This document shows positions 25,772-49,345 of a DNA stretch of 64,000 nucleotides, in pieces; the stretch's first letter is position 1; each line of letters begins with the position of its first letter. The position numbers and the translations under genes were made by a program. The notes under the pieces were generated by a model. That model did not search any database. It was not told the origin of the DNA and saw only the letters and a program-made list of their open reading frames with translations. Source of the stretch: Eledone cirrhosa (Eukaryota); the NCBI GenBank assembly GCA_964016885.1, contig OZ024741.1:187860001-187924000 (forward strand), given 5' to 3'.

Positions 25772-26135
25772 CGAGGGTAATCCCAAAAGTAAGGTCTCCA
25801 AAGCGATGGCGACGCAGAGAAACTGTTCGTACGGCTGTTGGCAACACTGTTAAGGTTGGTGCTTCCTTCACTCCCTGGGATGCTCAATCTTGGCTTGGCA
25901 GCCGTTGAGAATGGAGCTCCCGATTAACGCTACCGCCAAGTGCGAATTAAGCGCAGTTATTATATAAAAGGGCAATCCCAAAAGTAAGGTCTCCTTCCGA
26001 GGAAAGTAAAGATCGGCGGATCACTCTGGATGCTCTCTGCATTTTGGTTCCTGAGGTTTCCCGAAGCACCACCCACAGGATTTTAATGGAAAAGTTGCAA
26101 TATCGGAAGGAGACCTTACTTTTGGGATTGCCATC

Positions 26136-26136
<1 letters not shown>
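25772..26136 (+). mobile_element. Mariner-derived MITE / internal-deletion derivative
   Basis: 28-bp TIRs (CGAGGGTAATCCCAAAAGTAAGGTCTCC / GGAGACCTTACTTTTGGGATTGCCATCG), TA flanks, and a transposase N-terminal remnant MELPINATAKCELSAVI. Confidence 0.85.
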
Positions 26137-26180
<44 letters not shown>

Positions 26181-26181
<1 letters not shown>

Positions 26182-28821
26182 TAGCAGTTTAGCCCGGCGT
26201 TGCTAAGGTTTGTTCATTTGCTATGAAAAGTTACAAACAGGTTAACGTAGCTTGAAAGTGCATAAGCTTATCAATTAAGTGCATAAAGCAGTTGAACCAG
26301 TTATTAATAGTTATGAACCAATTAGCATTTAGCATAATTAATGATGGGTTAATAATCTTCCAATAGCGAATTTAGTAGACCAAAGTTGCAAGATGGTGGC
26401 CCTGATGCCGCTAGGTGTCAGATCTGTCGGCTATGGATGACCCTACCAGTTTTCCAGACGGCATAACTCCAGCACCTCCAACACCTGCACCAACATCTAT
26501 AGCACCTCTTTGTAGACGATATTGCGTGTCATCCCTTGAGGAGTGTAAGCAAAAAGTCCATTCCTGCTCCCTACGCGGGAACAGGCAACATAAAGTTGGC
26601 CATGGGAGAAGCATGGCTCCCCCAAATGGATGCCCGCCACACACAATGTTTGCCCTTGTGACTTGTTAATGGACATGGCAAAACATGGTCTCACCGGAAA
26701 TTGGGATCGCCGGAAATCGAACGGGATATCTGACGCCGAGGAGAAAAGGTTCATCCTTGGAATGAAAACATTCTCCCCTCTCCCGCACCCCGTTACAATG
26801 GTGGCCTCAATCAAGTGGGGCGTCAGTGACTTGACGACCATGCGAGTACTGTTGCACTGCTTTAGTGGACGCAAGTTACTTATTAGCATAATGGGACAGC
26901 CAACCCTAAGCTTAAGAATGTGAGGTGGGAGCCCTGGGGGCTCAAGGGAATTTAATAACTCAACCGGATAATTAACGATATCGTCGGGGTCTGACGTCCG
27001 GTCGATAGATTTGAAGATGTGTTCTTTACCGAGAATTTTCTCAATCAGCTGCTCGTTAATAAAATTAACCATGGTATTTTTCGGAGCAAGGATGGCTCTT
27101 TCGCTGAACCAATCGATGTTTTTAAAGTTAGATGAGACATTAGGAAAAACTGCTTCCCAAAGGTCAGAAGGGCTGCTCACAATGTTGCACAGGGAGTCGA
27201 TTGCTATGTCGCCCTTGTCATCCGCAGGGACCTTGCCCTCACCAAGTGCTAAAATATTCTGAGTAAATGCTGTATACATGTTGTCACCATGGAAATGAGC
27301 ACGCATATTTGTGCTCCGGTACAAACTCTTCACCTGGAGCCACAACATGGACGACTTAAGACAAACACGCACTTGTCCCTTTGAGGATGACAGGCAGCGT
27401 TTGTCGAAAATCCCCTGATAGGAGCCGTAGAATCCCTAATGTCTTTCAGGGTCCTGTCCAATGCCTCAAGGGCCCCCTTGTGTGCCATTGTGCACTCATC
27501 CCAAACAATGAGGCAACATTTTTTGAGAACCAGAGCTTCGTGTGAACTCTTGCTGATATTGCATGTTGGTGTCTCAGATTTTACTAAATCCAAGGGGAGT
27601 TTAAAGGTTGAATGTGCTGTCCTGTCTCCCGGCAGCAAAGTAGCAGCGATCCCGGACGATGCAACGGCCAACGCAATTTTTTCTCCTGAAGAATCTTAGC
27701 GAGAATCAATTTCGTTACATAAGTTTTTCCGGTACTCCCAAGAGCATCGAGAAAGTAAATACCCCCAGTCTGATTTTGAACCGCGTCAATGATAGTTAAC
27801 TAGTCCAACCCTTGGTCCGACAGAAGTTTGGGCTCATTTTCCTCTAAGTATTGGGAAAGAGATTCGATGTCATATGTTGCTTCCCGCAACAAATCCGGGG
27901 CCAACGTGTTAGCTTCCTCTCTGGCGGTTGAAGGCAAGCCATACGTCGCCAACTCACTCCCACCCATGTCGAGAAGGGCGTCCTCGATATCAATGAGTGC
28001 CCTGTTGTAGATAATGTCGCTGTAACCAACTTCCACTGAAGTATACTGCAGATGAGCCAGGCGCAGGAAGTCCTCAGACATGAAGTCTCTATACTTGACC
28101 CATAAAGATTTGGGATCACCCAATTCACACTTTTGAAGCAAAATAGCAAAGAGTTCCCGTAGACCTTTAGGTGATTTCAACAAAGCACCCTCTGCTAAAG
28201 TGGAATCCCATTGCGAATCATCTTCCAAAAGACCACGCTTAAAGCAGGCTTCCCGGTACGTATCACATATTTCTCCATCAACAGTTTTGATGTCCTGAAA
28301 ACTTTGTGGGCCTACAACTTCATGCAGAAGAAGGCGGAGATGAAAGCACTCATGCTGACTTGGGGGCACAGTGTAAACCCTTCCAAGACAGCTGTCAAAT
28401 TTTACACCAGGATGTCTTTCAGCAGCCTGACCTGACTTTCTTCGCACCCAAGTGTTTTTCGACCATATAAAGTCGGATGGAACCTGGGAGTACACAATTG
28501 TTTGCGCAAATGTATCGAACTGGCAAAGTTTGAAGAAACCCGTCAGAGTGGTCTCTTTCGGATCGGCGGCCAACTTGGCAGCGGTTTGGTCCGTAAAGTA
28601 AACCCTTTGCCCATTTTCCAAATGTACGGCAAGCTGTACGATGGCGGGGTGACGTTGGTGTAGGGGTAAACCAAATAGGCGCAAAAAGTTTCATTGCTTC
28701 TGATGTACCGCCCCCCATCCCCCAGTTATTCTGTGACCTCGTCCCTGCTATTTTCAGCTTGAAATGTGAACATTGCGGCATCAGGGACCTTATTTACATA
28801 TTTGCATATGTATTTTATCGA
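26181..28821 (-). mobile_element. Helitron RepHel fragment (end of Rep region and PIF1-like helicase) with intact 3' end
   Basis: ORFs 27800..28684, 27330..27671 and 26497..27372 have LAVHLENGQ, GTGKT, IVWDE, AMSINKSQGQT and FSHGQLYVACSRV. The minus-strand end is ..GCAACGCCGGGCTAAACTGCTAG|T at 26181. Frameshifted. Confidence 0.93.
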
Positions 28822-30720
28822 CTAGATCTTAGCTAATGGTGTGGCCACCTCCATATTATAAGGTGGGTTATACCAACAAATGCGACGGGATCTATTTCTT
28901 CTAGGTCTATTTTCGTACTCTGTATATGCTACCTTATCGACAAATCCACTTCGAGCAAGAGCTTCATTGTAATAAGTGGAATGGTCGTTGAAAATACGCT
29001 CGTTCCCACCATATAATATGGAGGTGGCCACACCATTAGCTAAGATCTTTCTTTTCCTTATTACGAAGCATTTTCCCCCTACACATAAATATAGTAACAT
29101 TTTTAATAGAAATACTATTAAAATTTTTTACTCTACGACTCCTAACCTTGCACATAACATCACAGCTTCAAATTTAGCTAAACTACCTAGCCGTAGGAAC
29201 ACGTGCAACCCTGTAGTTAGTACTAACTGTAATTGTAGGAATCGGGTTGATTGCCCCTTATCCGGGAAATGCCTCTCTAGTAACATTGTCTACAAATGTA
29301 AGGTTTTAACACCCACGTCCCGTAGGGCCTACATAGGGTTAACCGCCAATAGATTCAAGCAGCGTCTTTACATGCATACCCATTCTTTTCGTTACTTTCT
29401 AAGAAGGAATATGACGTCACTTTCAGCCTATATCTGGAGTCTAAAAGACAACCACACCCAATATAAGTTACACTGGGAGATCATAGCTAGGGCTAGATCG
29501 TATAACGGAAATAAAAGACCATGTGACCTCTGTGCCGCTGAGGCCCTGGAAATACTCTACGCCACAGACCACATCTTAAACAAAAAATCTGAGGCAATTT
29601 CGGCTTGTAAATATAAATTGCACAAAACTTTCCTGTATTACAGCCCCACGTTATACCCTAACGGATAGTACGATCTATACGTGGATATTTTACGTCTTGA
29701 TGTGGGAGCTAAGTATATGTTTTGTTTATACCTTTACTTATTTGCATAGGTAAGTATATATTACCCGTATGTTTCGTGAAGGTACTTATACCTTCTCGTA
29801 CGTATATTTGATTGTTTATGTTATGGCGTATAAAATTTTTTTATTTTTATTCTGGTACATATGGTTTGGCTATGTGTATACGGGGGTTTTGCGTCTGTGT
29901 GAGTATGCAGGTTCGTACGTATGTAGGGTGTGTGTATATGTGAACTTCATGTTTTGGTTGACTTAAGTCTCCGAACATTCGTGTATTTACATGTAGGTAT
30001 GTGTGTGCGCTTGTTATATACGTATTTATTTATTTATATACGTTTATATAATTATTTATTTATTTGTATACACGCATACACACACACACATTTTATATGT
30101 GCGTGGTTTTGTATACCTATGGTAATTGTTTCGCGTATGCTTGTGTATGTACGTATTTTTTTGCGTGTATGTATTTATTTATTTTTATTACTTCTGTATT
30201 GTATTTATTTACTTTATTCTTAACTCTGTAGCGGAGATTCATTCGGTCTCCTAGTTAGAATTTTAGTCTTTGCGTGCTATTGTTCTCCACGCTCCACATA
30301 TGACGTATTATCTTCGTTTTTTTCGTTCATTGCCAGAGAACGTCTCTATGAACCACCTAAGAGAACATTAGTCTACGACCTCTTTTATACCATAAACGTG
30401 GTTCTGTCTTTACGCGTAATTGTTTTTCACCGCTCCTATTAATGACGTATCTTATTCGTTTTTTCCCGTTCTTTGCCAGCGAACGTTTCCACGAACCAAA
30501 GTATCGTCTTCCTGTCTTCCTCCGGTTGCAACGTTTTTTGAAATTTCCACTTCTGCGTTTACAGATTGACTTTGTTAGTTTCAGAAGATCCCGTTAAGGG
30601 TGAAAGCAGCGATTCTTTGCTTAAACTTTAATGTGCTATTTTAATAAATATTTGCTCTACGGTTCTTATATGTTTGATATATATTTATCCTAATCGAGCC
30701 CTCTTTGGATTTTAGTCTTG
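28822..30720 (+). mobile_element. Penelope-like element 3' part: GIY-YIG endonuclease, 3' region, inverted 5' segment
   Basis: ORF to 29668 has CNC..CPLSGKC, IVYKC..YIGLT..FKQR and CDLC..E. Segment 28822-29005 is upstream coding sequence in the opposite orientation. Confidence 0.88.
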
Positions 30721-30734
30721 AAATTTATTATTAT

Positions 30735-30788
<54 letters not shown>

Positions 30789-30971
30789 CGAAGTAGTTGT
30801 GGTAAGGAACCAGATGGACCATAACGCACCAGAGTACACAATACTTAGGGTAGTAGAGTGGGAAATAGGAAAAAGTATGACCCCGATGGCAGAGCTGTAG
30901 CCGTTTCGACGGCTATTTCCAGAAATAGCCGTCGAAACGGCTAGAGCTCTGCCGTCGGGGTCATACTTTTT

Positions 30972-31068
<97 letters not shown>

Positions 31069-31771
31069 AGTATAAAGATGTAGATAGCATATCTACTAGA
31101 TATGCTATGTTTATGGCATGCAGGAGTAAGCATTAGACGTCAGCATATCATTCCTATTATGATATCATTTGTGTGTGACGGAGTATTGGTATAATAATGG
31201 TTTCTTATATAGGCACAAGGCCAGCAATGTTGGGGGTGGGTGAAAGTCGATTAAATTGACCTCGGTGCATTACTGGTACCTTATTTTATCAATCCCGTAA
31301 GGATGAGAGGCAAAGTTAACCTCAGCGGAATTTGAACTCAGATCATAAAGGGCAGTAACTCTATGCGGCAAATCATGGCATCCGACCCTCTGCCGATAGT
31401 ATCAATCCACCGCCCTCGGAGTATTGTTATAATAATGAAGTATAAGGCAATAATATTTTTTTCTGATCATTTAATTTATTAATGATAGCTGTTATATGTA
31501 TTTATATTGTATCTGTTATGTAATTTTTAACCTTGAGATTTGAGCCCAGAAAGCCGGAACAATTATCCCAAGGCATTCTCTCTGATACTCTGCATATTCA
31601 CCACATAAAGGGCGGTAAATGAGTGTAAAGAAAATAAAAGAGACAAAGAAAACAAAACAAACAAGAGCGGGGAAAAAACTGAAAAGAGATTTCGCACGCA
31701 AAAAATATCATGACGAGAAAAATAGATAAGAAGTAAAATCGACAGACAGACAGAAAGAAAGAAAGAAAAAT

Positions 31772-31824
<53 letters not shown>

Positions 31825-32010
31825 AAGAAAGAAAGCTACATAAAAGCAAATTTACTGCGCAAAAGACGGAATTGTGGAAGGAAACATATATATATATCTG
31901 GAATTACCACTTGATAAGTTCAGCCAGGCTACTGCTGTCCTAACAATACCGCGTTATTTCAGACCTAGCTGTCGAAACGACCGGAGCTCAGCCGTCGGGG
32001 TCCTAACACT

Positions 32011-32099
<89 letters not shown>

Positions 32100-32320
32100 T
32101 ACATATTTATGTATATATATATATATTTATATATATAGGAACGAGTAGAACCCCGACGGCTGAGCTCAAGCCACTTCGACGGCTAATTCTGGACTTCAGA
32201 ATTAGCCGTCCAGAATAACCCGTCGGGGTCCTACTCGTTCCTATTACCCACTCTACTACCCTAAGTATTGAGTACTTTGGTGCGTTATGGTCCATCTGGT
32301 TCCTTACCGCATTTCCTTCG

Positions 32321-32357
<37 letters not shown>

Positions 32358-32417
32358 TGCCAATACTGGAATTGAACCATCAAGACCGTTGAGGTATGTC
32401 ATACATCAATTCATGTA

Positions 32418-32479
32418 TTTTATCTGACGAGGACGTACTGAAAAAACAGCACAGTACCTTCGAAATATATATAATAAAA
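32418..32479 (+). ncRNA. Type I hammerhead ribozyme motif
   Basis: UUUUAU-CUGACGA-GGA.GUACUG/CAGUAC.UUC-GAAA-UAUAUA-UA-AUAAAA. Confidence 0.75.
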
Positions 32480-32527
32480 CATATATTTTGATTATGTGAA
32501 TATCTCCATTTATTAATATTCTGAATA

Positions 32528-32629
<102 letters not shown>

Positions 32630-32759
32630 GTGTGTGTGCGTGTGTGTGTGTGCGTGTGTGTGTGTGTGTGAGTGTGTAAAAGGTAAACAGAAATAACACA
32701 ATCGGTACAGTATATGGAAGGTATATATTAGGTTAACGCTTGATATAGCAGGAAGAGGG

Positions 32760-32795
32760 TCTTAATGTTTCGGACGCTAATCCTTCATCAGAAGA
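32760..32795 (-). ncRNA. Minimal Penelope-type hammerhead-like motif (paralogue at about 51509-51544)
   Basis: UCUU-CUGAUGA-A-GGA-UUAGCG-UCC-GAAAC-AUU-AAGA; stem III is essentially absent or degenerate. Confidence 0.45.
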
Positions 32796-33372
32796 AGGAA
32801 TGAGAAATAAAATAGATTGAGGGGACGGGCGGGATTGAATTGGAAAAAAATGTCTTTAGATAAAAATAACAGGTCCATTCATGTTGACATCTCTTGCAAA
32901 ACTGTTGGTGCTGGCGTTTTGTGTATGATTTGTTTTAAGAAACGAAGTAGGCTGTGTGGTTACTGTAAACAAAGTTTAAGATGGTAATGTGGACGAAACA
33001 AGAGAAGAAACCCTTCATCAGCTGTTAACTGCAGATCATAGATGTTTCGGCGCTTAAAACAGTAGATCGAAATCGATCAGCTGCGCGCCCAAAGCCTTTT
33101 ATAAATCAAAAGGCCCCGATGGGAAGAAAAGATAGTGAAGAGAGATGAAGAAAGAGAAAAAAGTAAAGAGGAAAAAAACGAAGTAAACTGACCGAATAGA
33201 GGAGTGTGGGTAGTAAACTGACCGAATAGAGGAGTGGGGGTACAGGACAATGGCTCGTGCAAGTGAGTAACCGAGGAGAAAATAGAAAAAGTTGCAACCA
33301 ACCGATTGGATTTAAGTCCAGTGGTCAATATAACTCCGGATCGAAGTTCTTCCGTGCGATCAAAGCAAAGTG

Positions 33373-33453
<81 letters not shown>

Positions 33454-33565
33454 GGAGAAACCGGAAGTGAGAAGGAGAAGAGAAAGGGAGATAATACAAA
33501 AGGGGTTTACGACATGTGTGAAACCCGGTCGGAAACGAGCAGATGGATAGAGAGAGAGAGAGAGA

Positions 33566-33631
<66 letters not shown>

Positions 33632-35269
33632 AGAGAGAGAAGAAGATAGTCGATATCAATGCATGGTGGTACAACAAATCGAGTAAAACAGGTAGAGCGG
33701 GCGTCACAGCGGTAAATACAAAATTACAAGAAACGAACCAGGCAGTGTGGTTACTGTAAACAAAGTTTAAGATGGTAATATGGACGTTCATTAGACAGCT
33801 CTCTTCTGTATAAATTTTAGTGACGTAAAGATAGATATATAGATATGCTATATTTATATCATAGTTAGTTTTGCAGTAACAAACATCAATCAGTAAATAC
33901 TGGTGTAGAGACAAGTAAGCACTCGACGTCAGCATACGTGATTTGGTATCACGCAGGTTATGATGCATTACTGGTATAATAATGAAGTACAAGCACTAAA
34001 ATTTTATTTCTGGAGATTTTATTTATTAATAATCGCTGTTATACGTATTTCCATTGTATACGTTATGTAACTGTAAACCTTCAGATACGATATTATCAGA
34101 CAGCTCTCATCTACATAACTTTTACAAACGTAAGTTAGTGATATATCGACCATTAGGTTTTCGGTGTTGATTCTCCGCTGGCTGATCGATATATCAAGAG
34201 AATCAACACTGGAAAAACCCTGGCTGATATATCGCTAAATTACGTCACTGAAATGTATATAGAAGATAGCTGTCTAATGACATCGTATGTGAAAGTTTTA
34301 AATTACTTAACAGATACCATGGAAATACGTATCATAACTATTAGTAATAAATGAAATATGTTGAAGTATAACTTTATTACCTTCTACTTCATTATTATAG
34401 ATAAGTGGACAGACAGGCGAACAGATAGATAGATTCACAAAGATACATGCCTGGACAACATTTCCTTTTCCTCTCACCTCTTTATAGACGGCCACCAGTC
34501 GATTATTCATGCAAATCTATCCTCAGCATACCTTTGATGTTTTAGAAAGTAAAGACAAGAGTCGTTACAGTTTAACATTGAGTTCACAACCCGAAGAGCC
34601 GGAACAGATACCGTAAGGCATCTTATTTGGTACTATAACAATTTCGGAAATCCACCGACCTTATACTTGTACTTTATTTATCGAGCCCGAATGAAGGTTA
34701 GGCCATGTTGACTTCAGCGCGATTTGAGCTCAGAGAGCAGAAAACCGGAACAATTATCAGGAGACATTCTCTTTGATACTCTAATGACTCTGCATATTCA
34801 CCACATAAAGAGGCGGGAAATGAGTGTAAAGCAAATAAAAGAAACAAACAAAACAAAACAAACAAGAGTGGGAAAAATACTGAAAAGAGATTTCGCGCGC
34901 AAAACATATCATGACAGGTAAAAATAGAAAATAAGAAGTAAGTAAAATGGAGAGGGGGAGAGAGAGGGAGAAAGAAAGAATGAATGAAAGGAAGAAAGAA
35001 AGATAGAAAAGAAATTTCCCGCGCCAAAAATATCATGACAGGAAAAAAATAGAAAATAAGAAGTAAAATGGACAAACAGACAGAAAGAAAGAAGGAAAGA
35101 AAGAATGATAGAAGAAAGAAAGCTCATAAAAGCAAATTTACTGCGCAAAAGACGAAATTGTGGAAGAAAACATATATATCTTATATAAACAGTTCACCTA
35201 ACTCGTCCCATGGACTGAGTGCTCTACCACTACGGATATTACCTTCCAGTGTTCTACCACTATCTTATC

Positions 35270-35379
<110 letters not shown>

Positions 35380-35515
35380 ATATATATAATTGTTTCTACT
35401 TTTGGCCCAAGGTCAGCAATTATCCCAGTGTATTACTGGTACTTTATTTTATCGACCCTGTAAGGATGAAAGGCAAACTTAACCTCGGCATATAATCTTA
35501 TATATATATATATCG

Positions 35516-35668
<153 letters not shown>

Positions 35669-35676
35669 GTATATAT

Positions 35677-35954
35677 ATAGCTTTCACCGTATTTTGACTA
35701 AAGAAATTTTAGTCTGATAATGAGGTTTAGAACCCTCAGATAAATGGAAAAAGATGAGTATTGATGTACATGGGAATCGAACCCAGAGATTTGGTTATCC
35801 AGACCACTATGCTACCATTACACAGTGGTCTGGATAACCAAAGATGTCGGTTCGATTCCCATGTACATCAATACTCATTTTTTCCATTTATCTACGGGTT
35901 CTAAAGCCCATTATCAGACTAAAATTTCTTTAGTCAAAATACGGTGAAAGCTAT
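35677..35954. repeat. Fold-back repeat with tRNA-like (B-box) arms
   Basis: Inverted arms of about 135 bp, each containing AGTGGTCTGG...GGTTCGATTCCC reading outward from the centre. Confidence 0.85.
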
Positions 35955-36020
35955 TCTATTTTCTAATTTCAAACCTGCTCACTGTTTCAAAAACATACTT
36001 ACTTGTCATATATATATATA

Positions 36021-36929
36021 CTAGCATTAAAGCCCGGCGTTGCTCGGGGTCATTAAGTTACCAAAGTTAGGTTGCACCACCCATTTTATGGCAACACTTT
36101 TTTGTCTGCCAGACACTGGGTGAATGAATTGCAGACCTGGAAGCAGGAGCTGCGCCAGCAGTGACAATTGTAGTTTCGCCTATGGATATTATCTCTGTGC
36201 AAAAAAGTGTTGAAATTTATTGTTTCACAGTACTTGCGCAACACGCGCGTAGACGATGCCAGCCGAACAACAGAGCTGCGATGGAGTTGTTCTGCATGGT
36301 TGTCTGTGTGTTTTCTAAATTTAAGACAGTAGGGAGTGGTGTGATATGGGGGAGAGTTAGCTGCTGTTTCTAGCAGGTTTAGTGACCTCATAGAAGATAT
36401 GTTTTCTAAATTTAAGACAGTAGGAAGGGGTATGATATGGGTGAGAGTTAGCTGCTGTTTCTAGCAAGTTTAGTAATCTCATAGAGGATATGTGTTTTCT
36501 AAATTTAAGACAGTAGGGAGTGGTGTGGGGAGGGGTGTGATATGGGGGAGAGTTAGCTGCTGTTTCTAGCAGGTTTAGTAACCTCATAGTGAATATATGT
36601 TTACTAAATTTAAGACAGTAGGGAGTGGTGTGAACGGACAGTATCACCATCAAGCTTGGAAGGAGAAAGTAGCAGAAAGTATGAAGTTGTATAGATTTTG
36701 AATGGTAGTAGAAAGAGTTCAGCAGTTTAAATTAGAGAGAAAAATCGTAAAATATTGAGTTTTATCTATTTTTTGCGTAATTGTGGGTGAAATTGAAAAA
36801 ATTATCTGCGTCAAGACGCAATCGAAACTATTTCGAATGCTGAATTTTAAATTTCAATTGAAGAAATTCTATATCGTAGATTTCTATAACGAAGGAGCTT
36901 GACCACACACTGAGCTTTATAGATTATGA
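36021..36929 (-). mobile_element. Complete non-autonomous Helitron with an internal ~90-100 bp minisatellite
   Basis: Minus strand A|TCATAATCTATAAAG ... CCCGAGCAACGCCGGG..CTAG|T. About 3.5 tandem units at 36308-36631. Confidence 0.8.
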
Positions 36930-37319
36930 TATATATATATATATATAATATATATATATATCACTTCCTCCCGTTTGGCTTGTAGTGGGTCTCTTCTTGC
37001 TTACATCTCACTCACGTCGGACGGTCTGTACCTCTCTCGCTCATGAAATCCACCCAGCTTATGCTGACCGGACAACCATGTTGCTTTGTTTATTTTCCTA
37101 TCTTTGGTTTGCTTTTATCTTTCTATGTTGTTTACTTGTCTCCCTCGCTTTACGCGATTTACTGGTCCCAATAACTTTTTTTAGTTATTGCTCGCACCAA
37201 CCTGAGGTATATGATTTTTAATGCGATGAAATAACAATGATGGTTGGAAAATCACTGACGAAGGACTATTTTTATCATATGTAACCCATGTGCAACCACG
37301 CAATATTCTTTCTTCTCAT

Positions 37320-47806
<10,487 letters not shown>

Positions 47807-47997
47807 CGAAGGAGTTGTGGTAAGGAACCAGATGGACCATAACGCACCAGAGTACTCAATACTTAGGGTAGTGGAGTGGGTAATAGGAAAAAGTATGACA
47901 CCGACGGCAGAGCTCAAGCCGTTTCGACGGCTATTTCTGGACAGAAATAGCCGTCGAAACGGCTTGAGCTCTGCCGTCGGGGTCATACTTTTTCCTA

Positions 47998-48054
<57 letters not shown>

Positions 48055-48918
48055 GCGTGTGGCTGATTGGTTAGATAACTGGAATTCGCAATCATGAGGT
48101 TGTCGGTTCGATTCTGGGACCCGGCGATGCCTTATGTCCTTGATCAAGACACTTTATTTCACGTTGCTCCTTCTACCTGGATAGATAGTATTAGCAATTG
48201 GAAAGACCAACGGAAACATGGTTATATATATATATATAGAGAGAGAGATAGAGAGAGAGAGAGACAGAGAGACGTAGAAAGATGTAGATAGCATATCTAC
48301 TAGATATGCTATGTTTATGGCATGCAGGAGTAAGCATTAGACGTCAGCATATCATCCTATTATGATATCATTTGTGTGTGACGGAGTATTGGTATAATAA
48401 TGGTTTCTTATATAGGCACAAGGCCAGCAATGTTTGGGGGGGTGGTGAAAGTCGTTTAAATTCACCTCGGTGCATTACTGGTACCTTATTTTATCAATCC
48501 CGTAAGGATGAAAGGCAAAGTTAACCTCAGCGGAATTTGAACTCAGATCATAAAGGGCAGTAACTCTATGCGGCAAATCATGGCATCCGACCCTCTGCCG
48601 ATAGTGTCAATCCACCGCCCTCGGAGTATTGTTATAATAATGAAGTATAAGGCAATAATATTTTTTTCTGATCATATGTTATATGTATTTATATTGTATC
48701 TGTTATGTAATTTTTAACCTTGAGATTTGAGCCCAGAAAGCCGGAACAATTATCCCAAGGCATTCTCTCTGATACCCTGCATATTCACCACATAAAGAGG
48801 CGGGAAATGAGTGTAAAGAAAATAAAAGAAACAAACAAAACAAAACAAACAAGAGCGGGAAATAAACTGAAAAGAGATTTCGCGCGCAAAAAGTGGACAG
48901 ACAGACAGACAGACAGAC

Positions 48919-48960
<42 letters not shown>

Positions 48961-49187
48961 CAAGAAAGAAAGAAAGAAAGAAAGAAAAAAAGAGAGAAAG
49001 AAAGAAAGCTACATAAAAGCAAATTTACTGCGCAAAAGACGGAATTGTGGAAGGAAACATATATATATATATATCTGGAATTACCTCTTGATAAGTTCAG
49101 CCAGGCTACTTCTGTCCTAACAATACCGCGTTATTTCAGACCTAGCTGTCGAAACGACCGGAGCTCAGCCGTCGGGGTCCTAACACT

Positions 49188-49274
<87 letters not shown>

Positions 49275-49287
49275 TATATATATATAT

Positions 49288-49334
<47 letters not shown>

Positions 49335-49345
49335 TATATATATAT

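Noticed and set aside
26497-28684. Host PIF1 helicase gene
   Set aside because: It is intronless, frameshifted, fused to Helitron Rep motifs, and followed by a Helitron 3' hairpin-CTAG end.
28976-29668. Selenocysteine (UGA-recoded) Penelope ORF
   Set aside because: The Cys motifs in both GIY-YIG ORFs are encoded in open frames with no in-frame TGA.
35820-35875. True tRNA gene
   Set aside because: A B-box is present but no complete cloverleaf can be drawn; the same holds for the SINE heads at 13441, 24310 and 48055.
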